In this document: positions 17,593 to 27,879 of the stretch, in pieces | Numbering within the stretch: the first letter of the stretch is position 1 | Layout: each line of letters begins with the position of its first letter | Assembly (NCBI GenBank): GCA_946622085.1 | Contig: CAMOPD010000001.1 | Coordinates: 1-45,912, forward strand | Direction: 5' to 3' | Length of the DNA stretch: 45,912 nt | Source: an uncultured Prevotellaceae bacterium | Lineage (GTDB): Bacteria; Bacteroidota; Bacteroidia; Bacteroidales; Bacteroidaceae | The notes under the pieces: generated by a model | The model's input: the letters and a program-made list of their open reading frames with translations, nothing else | The model's database searches: none | What the model was told of the DNA's origin: nothing | Program-made: the position numbers and the translations under genes

Positions 17593-17604
17593 GAAAACGT
17601 TTTC
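17593..17604. promoter_or_regulatory. Putative LacI-family operator
   Basis: Perfect palindrome GAAAACGTTTTC with central CG, about 50 bp upstream of the -7 element. Confidence 0.45.
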
Positions 17605-18126
17605 AATAGTGTAGGCCATACACGCAGCGGCTGAGATGTCACCTACCGCCATCTTGGCTATTCGCTTCTTGTTTTTTCCGCTTTGCTCTGGCAGCAAGAC
17701 CATCAGGCTATCATTCTCCGCTTGAAAAAATAGTTAAAAATATAAAATCGTTTCCCTGTGCCATAGTGGCCTACGAAGCGTTTCCTTCGGGCGAAGTAAC
17801 GGAAAATGGTTAGCGGATTTCGGTGATTCAAGCGCGAATGGCCGTTGCATGAAACCCGTTGTCATAGGCTTATTCAAGGGTTTTCAGTCGGCTCGGAAGA
17901 TGCTTGCAGTCAGCGTATTTGTGTGCAGTCGCTCTATGAAAGCATTGGCCTTTTACGGCATCAGTGACGGCAGAGCCCGAAGAAAAGGTGTTGGAAAAAA
18001 ACTGATGAATTAACAGTGTGAAAGAAGTTAAAAAGGACCTGCAACTGACAATCAATCAGGGAGTTTTGAATTGTGAAAGAATCTTAACGGACACTGAGAA
18101 GGTTTTACATTTTCAGATTTTTTTAT

Positions 18127-18134
18127 TATATTTG
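18127..18134 (+). promoter_or_regulatory. -7 promoter element of the AraC gene
   Basis: TATATTTG(CA) in AT-rich context about 60 bp before the ATG. Confidence 0.65.
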
Positions 18135-18196
18135 CAAAAATGAGGGTAAAGAAAGATACTTATTGTTTAAAAATAACCTTTTTATTTAATTGAGGT

Positions 18197-18691
18197 ATGG
18201 CAAAATATAACATCACACAAAAGAAAGAGCGCGACGCCGCCTATCGCAGCCTGGTGAACCCGATGCTGATGGACGAGCTGAAGGAGAAGATCATCAACGT
18301 GCTGCTCGTTCAGAAGCGTTATCGTGACAAGAATTTCTCGGCCAAGAAGCTGGCCGAAGAGTTAGGAACCAACACGCGCTACATCTCGGCAGTGGTCAAC
18401 GTGCGCTTCCACATGAACTACACGTCGCTGGTGAATTCCTATCGCATAGAGGAGGCCATGACGCTGCTCACCGACCGGCGCTACAAGGACCACAGCATGG
18501 AGGACATCAGCGACTTGGTGGGATTCTCCAACCGACAGTCGTTCTATGCGTCGTTCTACAAGATCAATGGCTCCACGCCGCGCGACTACCGGCTGGAGCA
18601 CATGCCGCCACGGCCGGAGAGCGAGGAGAAGAAGCCCGCCAAGCGCGGACGCAGACCCAAGGTAATGGCTGAGGTGACGATTGGAAACTGA
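18197..18691 (+). CDS. AraC-family HTH regulator (DNA-binding domain only)
   Basis: LAEELGTNTRYIS, ISDLVGFSNRQSFYASFYKINGSTPRDYR. Confidence 0.9.
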   Translation: MAKYNITQKKERDAAYRSLVNPMLMDELKEKIINVLLVQKRYRDKNFSAKKLAEELGTNTRYISAVVNVRFHMNYTSLVNSYRIEEAMTLLTDRRYKDHSMEDISDLVGFSNRQSFYASFYKINGSTPRDYRLEHMPPRPESEEKKPAKRGRRPKVMAEVTIGN

Positions 18692-18783
18692 ACGTCGCCG
18701 GGGTGGGGGCATGCCGCGCGTGCACCCCGCGCCGCCCGACGGTGAGTCCCTGCCACAGGGAGAAGAAGAAAAGAAAGAAAACA

Positions 18784-20733
18784 ATGCAGCAAGATTTCAG
18801 TTACTCAGACGAGCGCTTTGCCGACTTGCAGTTGTTGCGCTATCGTCTGAACGGATTTGAAACGCTGACGCTGGAACAGAAAAAACTGGTTTACTGTCTT
18901 TCGGAAGCCACGCTCTACGGGCGCGACATCACCTTCGACCAGTTTGGAAAATACAATCTCCGCATCAGGAAGATGCTGGAGGTTGTATTTGTGCGTTTCA
19001 GGGGAGAGCGTAGTGACGAGGACTTCCAGGCGCTGACGGTATACTTGAAGCGCCTCTGGTTCTCCAATGGCATCTATCATCACTATGGCTCGGAGAAATT
19101 TGCGCCGGGCTTCTCGGCCGACTATCTGCGCCGCCTGCTCGACGAGGTTGACGCAGAGCTGCTTCCCCTGCAGGGGCAGACGCTCGACGAGATGTGCGGG
19201 GAGCTCTTTCCCGTGATTTTCCAGCCCGACGTGCTGCCCAAGCGTGTGAACAAGGCCGACGGTGAGGACTTGGTGGCCACGTCGGCCTGCAACTTCTACG
19301 ACGGCGGGGTGACGCAGCAGGAAGCCGAGACATTCTATGCACGGCTGAAGGACGGGGCCGGCGAGGAGTGCCCCTCGTTCGGGCTCAACTCCACGCTGGT
19401 GAAGGAGAACGGCGAACTGAAGGAAATTGTATGGAAGGCCGACGGACACTACGGGCGTGCCATCAGCAAGATCGTCTACTGGCTCAGACGGGCGGCGGCG
19501 GTGGCCGAGAACGACGGGCAGCGACGGGTGATCGGCCTGCTCATCAACTATTATGAAACGGGCGACCTGCGGCTGTTCGACGACTATTCCATAGCATGGA
19601 TTGGCGAACAGCAAGGACGCATAGACTTCATCAACGGCTTCATAGAGGTGTATGGCGACCCCTTGGGACTGAAAGGCTCGTGGGAGGGCATCGTGGAATA
19701 CCGCGACCTGGAAGCCACACGGCGCACCCGCACCATCAGCGACCAGGCGCAGTGGTTTGAGGACCATTCGCCCGTGGACCCGCGCTTCAGGAAGACGCGC
19801 GTCAGGGGCGTCACGGCCAACGTGGTGTGCGCCGCCATGCTCGGTGGCGACGAGTATCCCTCGACGGCCATCGGCATCAATCTGCCCAATGCCGACTGGA
19901 TAAGGGCGCGCCATGGCAGCAAGAGCGTCACCATAGGCAATCTGACCGATGCCTACAACAAGGCAGCGCGGGGCAACGGCTTCAAGGAGGAATTCGTGGC
20001 TGACGAGGAGACGCTGCGGCTGATAGACACTTACGGCGACGCGTGCGACGACCTGCACACCGACCTGCACGAGTGCCTGGGACACGGCAGCGGACAGCTG
20101 CTGCCTGGCGTGAGTCCCGACGCGCTCAAGGCCTATGGCAACACCATCGAGGAGGCGCGTGCTGACCTCTTCGGGCTCTATTATATGGCCGACAAGAAGT
20201 TGGTGGAGCTGGGACTTATTTCCGACGAGGGAGCCTATCGGGCACAGTATTACACCTACATGATGAACGGCCTCATGACTCAGCTCATACGCATTGAGCC
20301 CGGCCGGCAGATAGAGGAAGCCCACATGCGCAACAGGGCACTCATTGCCCACTGGTGCCTGGAGCAGGGAAACGCCATGACACTCACTCGGCGCAACGGG
20401 AAGACCTATCTGCGCATAGACGACTATCCGCAGCTGAGAAGGCTGGTGGCCCAATTGCTGGCCGAGGTGCAGCGCATCAAGAGCGAGGGCGACTTCGAGT
20501 CGGCCCGCCGCCTGGTGGAGCGCTATGGGGTGAAAGTGGATGCGGAGTTGCATGCAGAGGTGCTGGCGCGCTACAAGCGGCTCAACCTGGCACCCTACAA
20601 GGGCTTCATCAATCCGTGGCTCCGCCCCGTGAGCGATGCCGAGGGAAACATTGTCGACATCGAGGCTGACTACACTGAGACCTATGAGCACCAGATGCTG
20701 CGCTATAGCACCGACTATGGGACGCTCATCTGA
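18784..20733 (+). CDS. Dipeptidyl peptidase III (M49)
   Basis: HECLGH zinc hexapeptide and EEARADL; start MQQDFSY at 18784. Confidence 0.93.
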   Translation: MQQDFSYSDERFADLQLLRYRLNGFETLTLEQKKLVYCLSEATLYGRDITFDQFGKYNLRIRKMLEVVFVRFRGERSDEDFQALTVYLKRLWFSNGIYHHYGSEKFAPGFSADYLRRLLDEVDAELLPLQGQTLDEMCGELFPVIFQPDVLPKRVNKADGEDLVATSACNFYDGGVTQQEAETFYARLKDGAGEECPSFGLNSTLVKENGELKEIVWKADGHYGRAISKIVYWLRRAAAVAENDGQRRVIGLLINYYETGDLRLFDDYSIAWIGEQQGRIDFINGFIEVYGDPLGLKGSWEGIVEYRDLEATRRTRTISDQAQWFEDHSPVDPRFRKTRVRGVTANVVCAAMLGGDEYPSTAIGINLPNADWIRARHGSKSVTIGNLTDAYNKAARGNGFKEEFVADEETLRLIDTYGDACDDLHTDLHECLGHGSGQLLPGVSPDALKAYGNTIEEARADLFGLYYMADKKLVELGLISDEGAYRAQYYTYMMNGLMTQLIRIEPGRQIEEAHMRNRALIAHWCLEQGNAMTLTRRNGKTYLRIDDYPQLRRLVAQLLAEVQRIKSEGDFESARRLVERYGVKVDAELHAEVLARYKRLNLAPYKGFINPWLRPVSDAEGNIVDIEADYTETYEHQMLRYSTDYGTLI

Positions 20734-20786
20734 CGATAGGCAAGGGGAAAGAGTTAAGGAGTAATAGGGTAAATAAAGAGCTGACT

Positions 20787-21407
20787 ATGAACGAAGAAAC
20801 CCATGCAAAGCTGAAAGAAATCAAGCAGTCGTTCAGATTGCTGATGAACGGAGTGGCTGCCCAGTCAATGCGCGAGAAAGGACTTGACTATCACCTGAAT
20901 TGGGGCGTGGCACTGACCGACCTTCGGCAGATGGCGGCTGAATATGGCAAGGACTACGAACTGGCCATTGAGTTGTGGAAAGAGAACATCAGGGAATGCA
21001 AGATTCTGGCTACGCTCATCATGCCGCCGGAGAAGATGCTTCCCGAGATTGTGGACATATGGATGGAGCAGACCCACTCGCAGGAGGTGGCCGAACAGGC
21101 CTGCTTCAATCTTTACCAGCATCTGCAGTTCGCCCCCGTGTTGGCCTACCAGTGGATGGCCGCTGCCGACGAGATGAGGCAGATGTGCGGCTATTTGGTA
21201 CTGACGCGCCTCTTTATGCGCGGTCAGGAGCCCAACGAACGGGGCATCAACGAGTTTCTCGATCAGGCCGAGACGGCACTCGCCAGTAGCAACCGTGGCC
21301 TGAGCCATGCCGCACTGATGTGCGTGCAGAGGTTTGTTCTCTTGGGCGATGACTATCGGCTCATAGCCCGGAAAGCACTTAAATCTTATGATTTAGGACT
21401 TTTTTAG
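20787..21407 (+). CDS. DNA alkylation repair (AlkD-like HEAT repeat) family protein
   Basis: WGV...LRQMA, LAIELWKENIRECKILATL pattern, all-helical. Confidence 0.75.
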   Translation: MNEETHAKLKEIKQSFRLLMNGVAAQSMREKGLDYHLNWGVALTDLRQMAAEYGKDYELAIELWKENIRECKILATLIMPPEKMLPEIVDIWMEQTHSQEVAEQACFNLYQHLQFAPVLAYQWMAAADEMRQMCGYLVLTRLFMRGQEPNERGINEFLDQAETALASSNRGLSHAALMCVQRFVLLGDDYRLIARKALKSYDLGLF

Positions 21408-21440
21408 CCCTTATCCTTTACTAATTACAAATAAAAGTTG

Positions 21441-21448
21441 TACTTTTG
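21441..21448 (+). promoter_or_regulatory. -7 promoter element of fur-purA-hisS
   Basis: TACTTTTG(C) 30 bp before ATG 21479. Confidence 0.65.
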
Positions 21449-21478
21449 CGAGGAATTTTGTCATGGGCCAGTCGGCAG

Positions 21479-21967
21479 ATGAAAGAGAACGCAAGGACAA
21501 TAGTTGCGCAGGTGTTGACTTCCTATTTGGAAACCAATAACTTGCGCCGAACGCCGGAACGTTATGCCATTCTCGATGCAGCATATTGTTTTGGCAGTCT
21601 CTTCACGTTGGAAGAGCTCGGCGAGAAACTCGAAAGCGACTATTTCCGGGTGAGCCGCGCCACGCTCTACAACAACCTGCGGCTGCTCATCTCCCTGCGG
21701 CTGCTCATCAAGCACCGGCTGGGAGGCGTCACCAAGTATGAAGCGTGCTATCAGACCATGAGCCATTGTCATCAAATCTGCACGGTGTGCGGCAAGGTGA
21801 CCGACGTGAAGGCTCCCGAGATAGCCGCAGCAGTGGAGCAGACCCGGCTGCGGCGATTCCACAAGGATGTCTTCTCCATGTACATCTATGGCATCTGCAG
21901 CACCTGCCAGGCTCGCCAGACGAGAAAGATACGACAGAGGAATAAGAAACCGAATAAAAATAAGTGA
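21479..21967 (+). CDS. Fur-family transcriptional regulator
   Basis: LRRTPERYAIL, VSRATLYNNL, HCHQICTVCG, YGICSTC. Confidence 0.9.
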   Translation: MKENARTIVAQVLTSYLETNNLRRTPERYAILDAAYCFGSLFTLEELGEKLESDYFRVSRATLYNNLRLLISLRLLIKHRLGGVTKYEACYQTMSHCHQICTVCGKVTDVKAPEIAAAVEQTRLRRFHKDVFSMYIYGICSTCQARQTRKIRQRNKKPNKNK

Positions 21968-21971
21968 TTTT

Positions 21972-23246
21972 ATGATTAAAGGTAAAGTGGACGTCCTGCT
22001 CGGATTGCAGTGGGGCGACGAAGGTAAAGGAAAAGTTGTCGACGTGCTCACCCCGCAATATGATGTGGTGGCACGTTTTCAGGGTGGCCCCAATGCTGGC
22101 CATACGCTCGAGTTTGAAGGCGAGAAGTATGTGCTCCGAAGCATTCCGTCGGGTATCTTCCAAGGTGGCAAGGTGAACATTATCGGCAATGGCGTGGTGC
22201 TGGCTCCTGACTTGTTTATGGAGGAAGCCCGTGACTTGGAGAAGAGCGGTCACGACCTGCGCAGCCGTCTGCACATCTCGCGAAAGGCTCATCTCATCAT
22301 GCCCACCCACAGGCTGCTCGATGCGGCCTACGAAGCGGCCAAGGGCAAGAGTAAAGTGGGAACCACCGGCAAAGGCATCGGTCCCACCTATACCGACAAG
22401 ATATCGAGAAACGGACTCAGGGTGGGCGACATCGACGACCGTTTCATGGAGAAATATGCCGCCCACAAGGCTCGCCATGAGGCCATCCTGAAATCGCTCA
22501 ACTTCACCGACTACGACATTGCCGAAGTGGAAAAGAAGTGGATGGAGGGCATAGAATACATGAAGCAGTTCAAGATGGTGGATTCGGAGCACGAAATCAA
22601 TGAGATGCTCCGCAGTGGCAAGAGTGTGCTTTGCGAAGGAGCCCAGGGCACCATGCTCGACGTAGACTTCGGCAGCTATCCGTTTGTCACTTCTTCCAAC
22701 ACCATCTGTGCCGGCGCCTGCTCTGGCCTGGGCATTGGCCCCAATAAGATAGGAGAGGTGTATGGCATCATGAAAGCCTATTGCACGCGTGTAGGAGCAG
22801 GACCGTTCCCAACGGAACTCTTCGACGAGACGGGCGCCCGAATCCGTGCCCTGGGTCATGAATACGGAGCAGTGACAGGTCGCGAGCGTCGTTGCGGATG
22901 GATAGATCTGGTGCCCCTGAAATATGCCATCATGGTGAATGGCGTCACCCAGCTCATCATGATGAAGAGTGACGTGCTCGACGACTTCGACACCATCAAG
23001 GCATGCGTGGCCTACAAGCAGAATGGACGGCAGATTGACTACTTCCCCTACAACATTGAGGAGGGCATTGAACCCGTGTATCGCGAACTTCCTGGCTGGA
23101 AGACCGACATGACAAAGTTCACCTCGGAAGAGCAATTCCCCAAGGCGTTCAAAGATTACATTTCATTCCTGGAAGCCCAGCTCGAGACACCTATTAAGAT
23201 TATCTCCATAGGTCCCGACAGGGAACAGACCATCGTAAGAAAATAA
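21972..23246 (+). CDS. purA: Adenylosuccinate synthetase
   Basis: [43 protein letters not shown]; start at 21972. Confidence 0.98.
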   Translation: MIKGKVDVLLGLQWGDEGKGKVVDVLTPQYDVVARFQGGPNAGHTLEFEGEKYVLRSIPSGIFQGGKVNIIGNGVVLAPDLFMEEARDLEKSGHDLRSRLHISRKAHLIMPTHRLLDAAYEAAKGKSKVGTTGKGIGPTYTDKISRNGLRVGDIDDRFMEKYAAHKARHEAILKSLNFTDYDIAEVEKKWMEGIEYMKQFKMVDSEHEINEMLRSGKSVLCEGAQGTMLDVDFGSYPFVTSSNTICAGACSGLGIGPNKIGEVYGIMKAYCTRVGAGPFPTELFDETGARIRALGHEYGAVTGRERRCGWIDLVPLKYAIMVNGVTQLIMMKSDVLDDFDTIKACVAYKQNGRQIDYFPYNIEEGIEPVYRELPGWKTDMTKFTSEEQFPKAFKDYISFLEAQLETPIKIISIGPDREQTIVRK

Positions 23247-23253
23247 TAACTCC

Positions 23254-24621
23254 ATGGCACAAAAACCGAATATCCCCAAGGGAACGCGCGACTTTTCGCC
23301 CATTGAGATGGCGAAGCGCAATTACATCTTCGACACCATACGCAGCGTCTATGCGCTCTATGGCTTCCAGCAGATAGAAACGCCAGCCATGGAAACGCTT
23401 CAGACACTGATGGGCAAATATGGCGAAGAAGGCGATAAATTGCTTTTTAAAGTGCTCAACAGCGGCGACTTCCTGAGCAAGGTGAGCGATGAAGAACTCA
23501 GCGAGCGTCATTCCCTCCACCTGGCTGCCCGCCTCTGTGAGAAAGGCTTGCGCTACGACCTCACCGTGCCCTTTGCACGCTACGTGGTGATGCATCGTGA
23601 GGAGCTCCAGCTCCCCTTCCGCCGCTATCAGATTCAGCCCGTGTGGCGCGCCGACCGCCCGCAGAAGGGACGCTATAGAGAGTTCTATCAGTGTGATGCC
23701 GACGTGGTGGGTAGCGACTCGCTGCTCAACGAGGTGGAGCTCATGCAGATTGTTGACACCGTTTTCACCCGCTTTGGCGTCAGAGTGGCCATCAAAATCA
23801 ACAACCGGAAGATTCTCACCGGCATTGCCGAGGTCATAGGAGCGGCTGACAAGATTGTAGACATCACCGTGGCCATTGACAAACTCGACAAGATAGGCAT
23901 CGACAACGTGAATGCCGAACTGCTCGCCAACGGACTCAGCCAGCAGGCCATAGACCGCCTGCAGCCCATCCTTGCGCTCTCGGGAACCAACGAGGAGAAG
24001 CTGGAAACCATTGCAAGCGTGCTCAAGACTTCGGAAACGGGACTGAAAGGCGTGGAAGAAACACGCTTCATTCTCGACACCCTGAAGACGACGGGGCTGC
24101 ACAACGAGATTCAACTCGACCTGACACTGGCCCGCGGACTGAACTACTATACAGGAGCCATCTTCGAAGTGAAGGCGCTCGACGTGCAGATAGGCAGCAT
24201 CACGGGCGGTGGGCGCTATGACAATCTGACGGGCATCTTTGGAATGCCTGGGCTCAGCGGCGTGGGCATCTCGTTTGGTGCTGACCGCATCTTCGACGTG
24301 CTCAATGCCCTTGACCTCTATCCCAAAGAGGCTGTCAACGGCACACAACTGCTCTTCATCAATTTCGGAGCCAAGGAGACGGCCTACTGCCTGCCCATCG
24401 TGGCTAAGGCACGCGCCGCCGGCCTGCACACCGAGATCTATCCCGACGCTGTGAAGATGAAGAAGCAGATGAGCTATGCCAATGCCAAAAACATTCCCTT
24501 CGTGGCTTTGGCTGGCGATAACGAGATTGCCGAAGGCAAAATCACCCTCAAGGACATGCTCTCGGGCGAGCAAATGGCCCTCACTCCGGATGAGCTCATA
24601 GGGAAACTCTGCGGGAAATAG
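23254..24621 (+). CDS. hisS: Histidine--tRNA ligase
   Basis: [52 protein letters not shown]. Confidence 0.98.
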   Translation: MAQKPNIPKGTRDFSPIEMAKRNYIFDTIRSVYALYGFQQIETPAMETLQTLMGKYGEEGDKLLFKVLNSGDFLSKVSDEELSERHSLHLAARLCEKGLRYDLTVPFARYVVMHREELQLPFRRYQIQPVWRADRPQKGRYREFYQCDADVVGSDSLLNEVELMQIVDTVFTRFGVRVAIKINNRKILTGIAEVIGAADKIVDITVAIDKLDKIGIDNVNAELLANGLSQQAIDRLQPILALSGTNEEKLETIASVLKTSETGLKGVEETRFILDTLKTTGLHNEIQLDLTLARGLNYYTGAIFEVKALDVQIGSITGGGRYDNLTGIFGMPGLSGVGISFGADRIFDVLNALDLYPKEAVNGTQLLFINFGAKETAYCLPIVAKARAAGLHTEIYPDAVKMKKQMSYANAKNIPFVALAGDNEIAEGKITLKDMLSGEQMALTPDELIGKLCGK

Positions 24622-24764
24622 AATGTTTAGAGGAAAGAGAGGAGAGAGAACAGCCCTGGCGGCATGACGCGAATGAAGAGTCTTTTCCCCCTCCTCTTTT
24701 CCTCCTCTTTTTTTAGTAAGGCGCGTTTCCAACGCGCCATCTTATTATTAAACAAAAACGCAGC

Positions 24765-25760
24765 ATGAGAAACAACAAACTACTGGCGATGGCTCTCTTT
24801 GCGGCCATCATCTTCTCGGCATTCACCGCCGGAACCCAACCTACTATCTACATGATTGGCGATAGCACTATGGCCAACAAGAAACTCGACAATAACAACC
24901 AGGAGAGAGGGTGGGGCATGGTGCTGCCATGCTATTTCAGCGACGACGTGCGTATCGACAACCACGCCGTCAACGGGCGCTCATCGAAGAGTTTCATCGA
25001 CGAAGGGCGCTGGCAGCGCGTGCTCGATAAGCTCAAGCCTGGCGACTACGTCTTCATTCAGTTTGGTCACAACGACGAAAAACCCCAGCCAGAACGCCAC
25101 ACGGAGCCAGGTTCCACCTTCGACGACAATCTGCGCAAGTTTGTCAGCGAAGCACGCTCCAAAGGAGCTATACCCGTGCTGTTCAATAGTGTGGTGAGGA
25201 GAAACTTTGCCGTGCAGGCACCTCGGAACGATGACGACGAGGCGCTACGCAAGCAGTCTTTCAGCGCACAGAGCAGCGAAGAGGGCGAAGTGCTCGTCGA
25301 TACGCACGGAGAATATGCCAAGGTGCCCCAGCGCATTGCCCAGGAGATGGGCGTAGCCTTTGTTGACGCCAACCGCATCACTCACGACCTGGAGCAGGGG
25401 CTCGGCAGCAAGGCCTCGCGCCATCTGCACATGTGGTTCTATCCCGGCGACCCGCGCGTGCCAGCAGGGCGACAGGACAACACCCACTACAATGTGCAAG
25501 GGGCCCACACAGTGGCAGCCCTGATGGCCGAAGCCGTAGGCAAGGCCGTGCCAGCACTGAAACCCTATATCCGTCATTACGATCTCACGGTGGCCACCAA
25601 CGGGTCGGCCGTTTACTTCAGCCCTCAAGACGCCGTAGACGCCGCTCCCGCTGGCAAAACATCCACCGTCATGATAGGCGCCGGAGAGTGGCAACGACCC
25701 GTAGTGCCTCATTATAAAAAGGTGAAATTCATCATGCGTGAGGGCGCCCGGTGGAAATAA
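24765..25760 (+). CDS. Rhamnogalacturonan/pectin acetylesterase (CE12, SGNH) with a short C-terminal CE8-like remnant
   Basis: IGDSTM, NHAVNGRSSKSF, QFGHND, DNTH motifs; signal peptide. Confidence 0.88.
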   Translation: MRNNKLLAMALFAAIIFSAFTAGTQPTIYMIGDSTMANKKLDNNNQERGWGMVLPCYFSDDVRIDNHAVNGRSSKSFIDEGRWQRVLDKLKPGDYVFIQFGHNDEKPQPERHTEPGSTFDDNLRKFVSEARSKGAIPVLFNSVVRRNFAVQAPRNDDDEALRKQSFSAQSSEEGEVLVDTHGEYAKVPQRIAQEMGVAFVDANRITHDLEQGLGSKASRHLHMWFYPGDPRVPAGRQDNTHYNVQGAHTVAALMAEAVGKAVPALKPYIRHYDLTVATNGSAVYFSPQDAVDAAPAGKTSTVMIGAGEWQRPVVPHYKKVKFIMREGARWK

Positions 25761-25794
25761 TTTAGCAAAAAAAAGTTTATTTCGGCCAAACAGT

Positions 25795-25825
25795 TTTGCG
25801 GTTTGGCTTATTTGTATTATATTTG
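25795..25825 (+). promoter_or_regulatory. Canonical promoter of the rubrerythrin gene
   Basis: TTTG (25795-25798), 19 bp, TATATTTG (25818-25825). Confidence 0.75.
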
Positions 25826-25870
25826 TGGAACAGTAAAAACAATTATTCAAGCTAAAAAGACAAAAACACT

Positions 25871-26428
25871 ATGAAGAAGAAGTTTATTTGTGCCGTTTGT
25901 GGATATATCTACGAGGGCACCGAAGCACCCGAGAAGTGTCCCATCTGCAAGGCTCCGGCAAGCAAGTTCTCTGAGCTGAAGGACGATGGCGACGTTACCT
26001 ATGCTACCGTTCACCGAATTGGCGACGGCAAGCCCGAAGGCGTGAGTGAAGAGATGATTCAAGACCTGCGCAACCACTTCAACGGCGAATGTGGCGAAGT
26101 GGGCATGTATCTGGCCATGGCCCGGCAGGCCGACCGTGAGGGCTATCCTGAAATAGCCGAAGCCTTCAAGCGCTATGCTTTCGAAGAGGCTGACCACGCC
26201 AGTCGTTTTGCCGAGTTGTTGGGCGAGTGCGTGTGGGACACGAAGACCAATCTTGAGAAGCGCGCAGCTGCCGAAGCCGGTGCATGTGAAGACAAGTTCC
26301 GCATTGCCAAAAACGCCAAGGCTGCCGGATTTGATGCCATTCACGACACCGTGCACGAAATGGCAAAAGACGAGGCACGCCATGGAGCTGGATTCGCCGG
26401 ACTGCTGAAACGCTATTTCAAGGATTAA
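25871..26428 (+). CDS. Reverse rubrerythrin (NADH peroxidase)
   Basis: N-terminal CxxC..CxxC rubredoxin-like domain followed by ferritin-like EEADH / DEARH di-iron motifs. Confidence 0.92.
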   Translation: MKKKFICAVCGYIYEGTEAPEKCPICKAPASKFSELKDDGDVTYATVHRIGDGKPEGVSEEMIQDLRNHFNGECGEVGMYLAMARQADREGYPEIAEAFKRYAFEEADHASRFAELLGECVWDTKTNLEKRAAAEAGACEDKFRIAKNAKAAGFDAIHDTVHEMAKDEARHGAGFAGLLKRYFKD

Positions 26429-26479
26429 GACTCTCTTAGAGGCGGGCAATAGGCTCGCTGCTACATTTCCTCCTATGTT

Positions 26480-26526
26480 GAAGCCCCGTTCTCAAAACTG
26501 TTGCACCGAGAATGGGGCTTCTTTCT
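26480..26526 (+). terminator. Intrinsic terminator after rubrerythrin
   Basis: gaagccccgttctc...gagaatggggcttc stem then T-rich tail. Confidence 0.7.
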
Positions 26527-26759
26527 TCTCTCGCTCCTTCATCTTCTGTTCGTCCTACGAGATATTTCTTCTCAGCCATGAACGTTCTGTGATGAATGAA
26601 CCTTTTTCCCTTTCGCTATGAGCCGATGCAGATGCATATCATTTTAAGGTGAAAACCAATTATCGACAATCATGCATCCTGTCGGGTTGTTTTTATCGGA
26701 CTGCAATAATTTTTAATATTATTTAGTCACGTTTCTTCGTCTATCCGCCCATATTGTTG

Positions 26760-26767
26760 TACTTTTG
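26760..26767 (+). promoter_or_regulatory. -7 promoter element of the moxR-bat operon
   Basis: TACTTTTG(CA) 43 bp before ATG 26811. Confidence 0.65.
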
Positions 26768-26810
26768 CACTTGAAAATTTTCTGACAGACACTAAAACGA
26801 AAACAACATT

Positions 26811-27806
26811 ATGGCAGAAGCTATAGACATCCGTGAACTGAACATACGGATAGAGCAGCAAAGCTCTTTTGTGACCAATCTGGTGAGCGGCATGGACCGC
26901 GTCATCGTGGGGCAGAAACATCTTGTGGACTCCTTGCTCATCGGACTGCTGAGCGATGGACACATCCTGCTTGAAGGTGTGCCGGGACTGGCCAAGACGC
27001 TGGCCATCAAGACGCTGGCCCAGCTCATCGACTCGGACTACAGCCGCATACAATTCACTCCCGACCTGCTACCGGCCGACGTCATCGGTACGATGATCTA
27101 CTCGCAGAAAGACGAAAAATTCCAGGTGAAGCGCGGACCGGTGTTTGCCAACTTCGTGCTGGCCGACGAGATTAACCGCGCTCCAGCCAAGGTGCAGAGC
27201 GCGCTGCTCGAGGCCATGCAGGAGCATCAGGTGACCATCGGTAGCGAAACTTTCTCGCTGCCAAACCCCTTCCTCGTGATGGCCACGCAGAACCCCATTG
27301 AGCAGGAGGGTACCTATCCTCTGCCCGAGGCCCAAGTGGACCGCTTCATGCTGAAGGTAGTGATTGACTATCCCACGCTCGAAGAGGAAAAGAAGATTAT
27401 CCGCGAGAACATCATGGGCGGGCTGCCCGAGGTGAAACCCGTGACCACGGCCGACGAGATTATCCGTGCCCGCCGAGTGGTGCAGGAGGTCTATCTGGAC
27501 GAGAAAATAGAGCAGTATATTGCCGACATTGTCTTCGCCACCCGTTACCCCGACCGCTACGGGCTCTCAGAACTGAAAGACCTCATCTCTTTTGGCGGTT
27601 CGCCGCGTGCCAGCATCAACCTGGCCAAGGCTGCCCGTGCATATGCCTTCATCAAGCGCCGCGGCTACGTGGTGCCCGAGGACGTGCGAGCCGTGGCCCA
27701 CGACGTGCTGCGCCACCGCATAGGCCTCACCTATGAAGCTGAGGCTACCAACGTGACGAGCGAACAGATTGTCAGCAAGATTATTAATAAGGTGGAAGTG
27801 CCCTGA
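26811..27806 (+). CDS. moxR: MoxR-family AAA+ ATPase
   Basis: LEGVPGLAKT, RIQFTPDLLPAD, LADEINRA, ATQNPIEQEGTYPLPEAQVDRF. Confidence 0.95.
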   Translation: MAEAIDIRELNIRIEQQSSFVTNLVSGMDRVIVGQKHLVDSLLIGLLSDGHILLEGVPGLAKTLAIKTLAQLIDSDYSRIQFTPDLLPADVIGTMIYSQKDEKFQVKRGPVFANFVLADEINRAPAKVQSALLEAMQEHQVTIGSETFSLPNPFLVMATQNPIEQEGTYPLPEAQVDRFMLKVVIDYPTLEEEKKIIRENIMGGLPEVKPVTTADEIIRARRVVQEVYLDEKIEQYIADIVFATRYPDRYGLSELKDLISFGGSPRASINLAKAARAYAFIKRRGYVVPEDVRAVAHDVLRHRIGLTYEAEATNVTSEQIVSKIINKVEVP

Positions 27807-27879
27807 TGCTTGGGTAATGGGCGTCAATGAGCAATCATCTCATTGCACATGACAGAATTGCTGATTCCTAATTGAGTAT

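Noticed and set aside
18805-20691. 628-aa minus-strand ORF and similar long antisense ORFs (e.g. 8858-10150, 21729-23135, 23200-24732, 32903-34270, 43160-44788)
   Set aside because: Each mirrors a well-supported gene on the opposite strand and lacks recognisable motifs
27825-27850. caatgag-caatcat-ctcattg hairpin between moxR and DUF58
   Set aside because: Only a 7-bp stem with no U-tract; too weak to call
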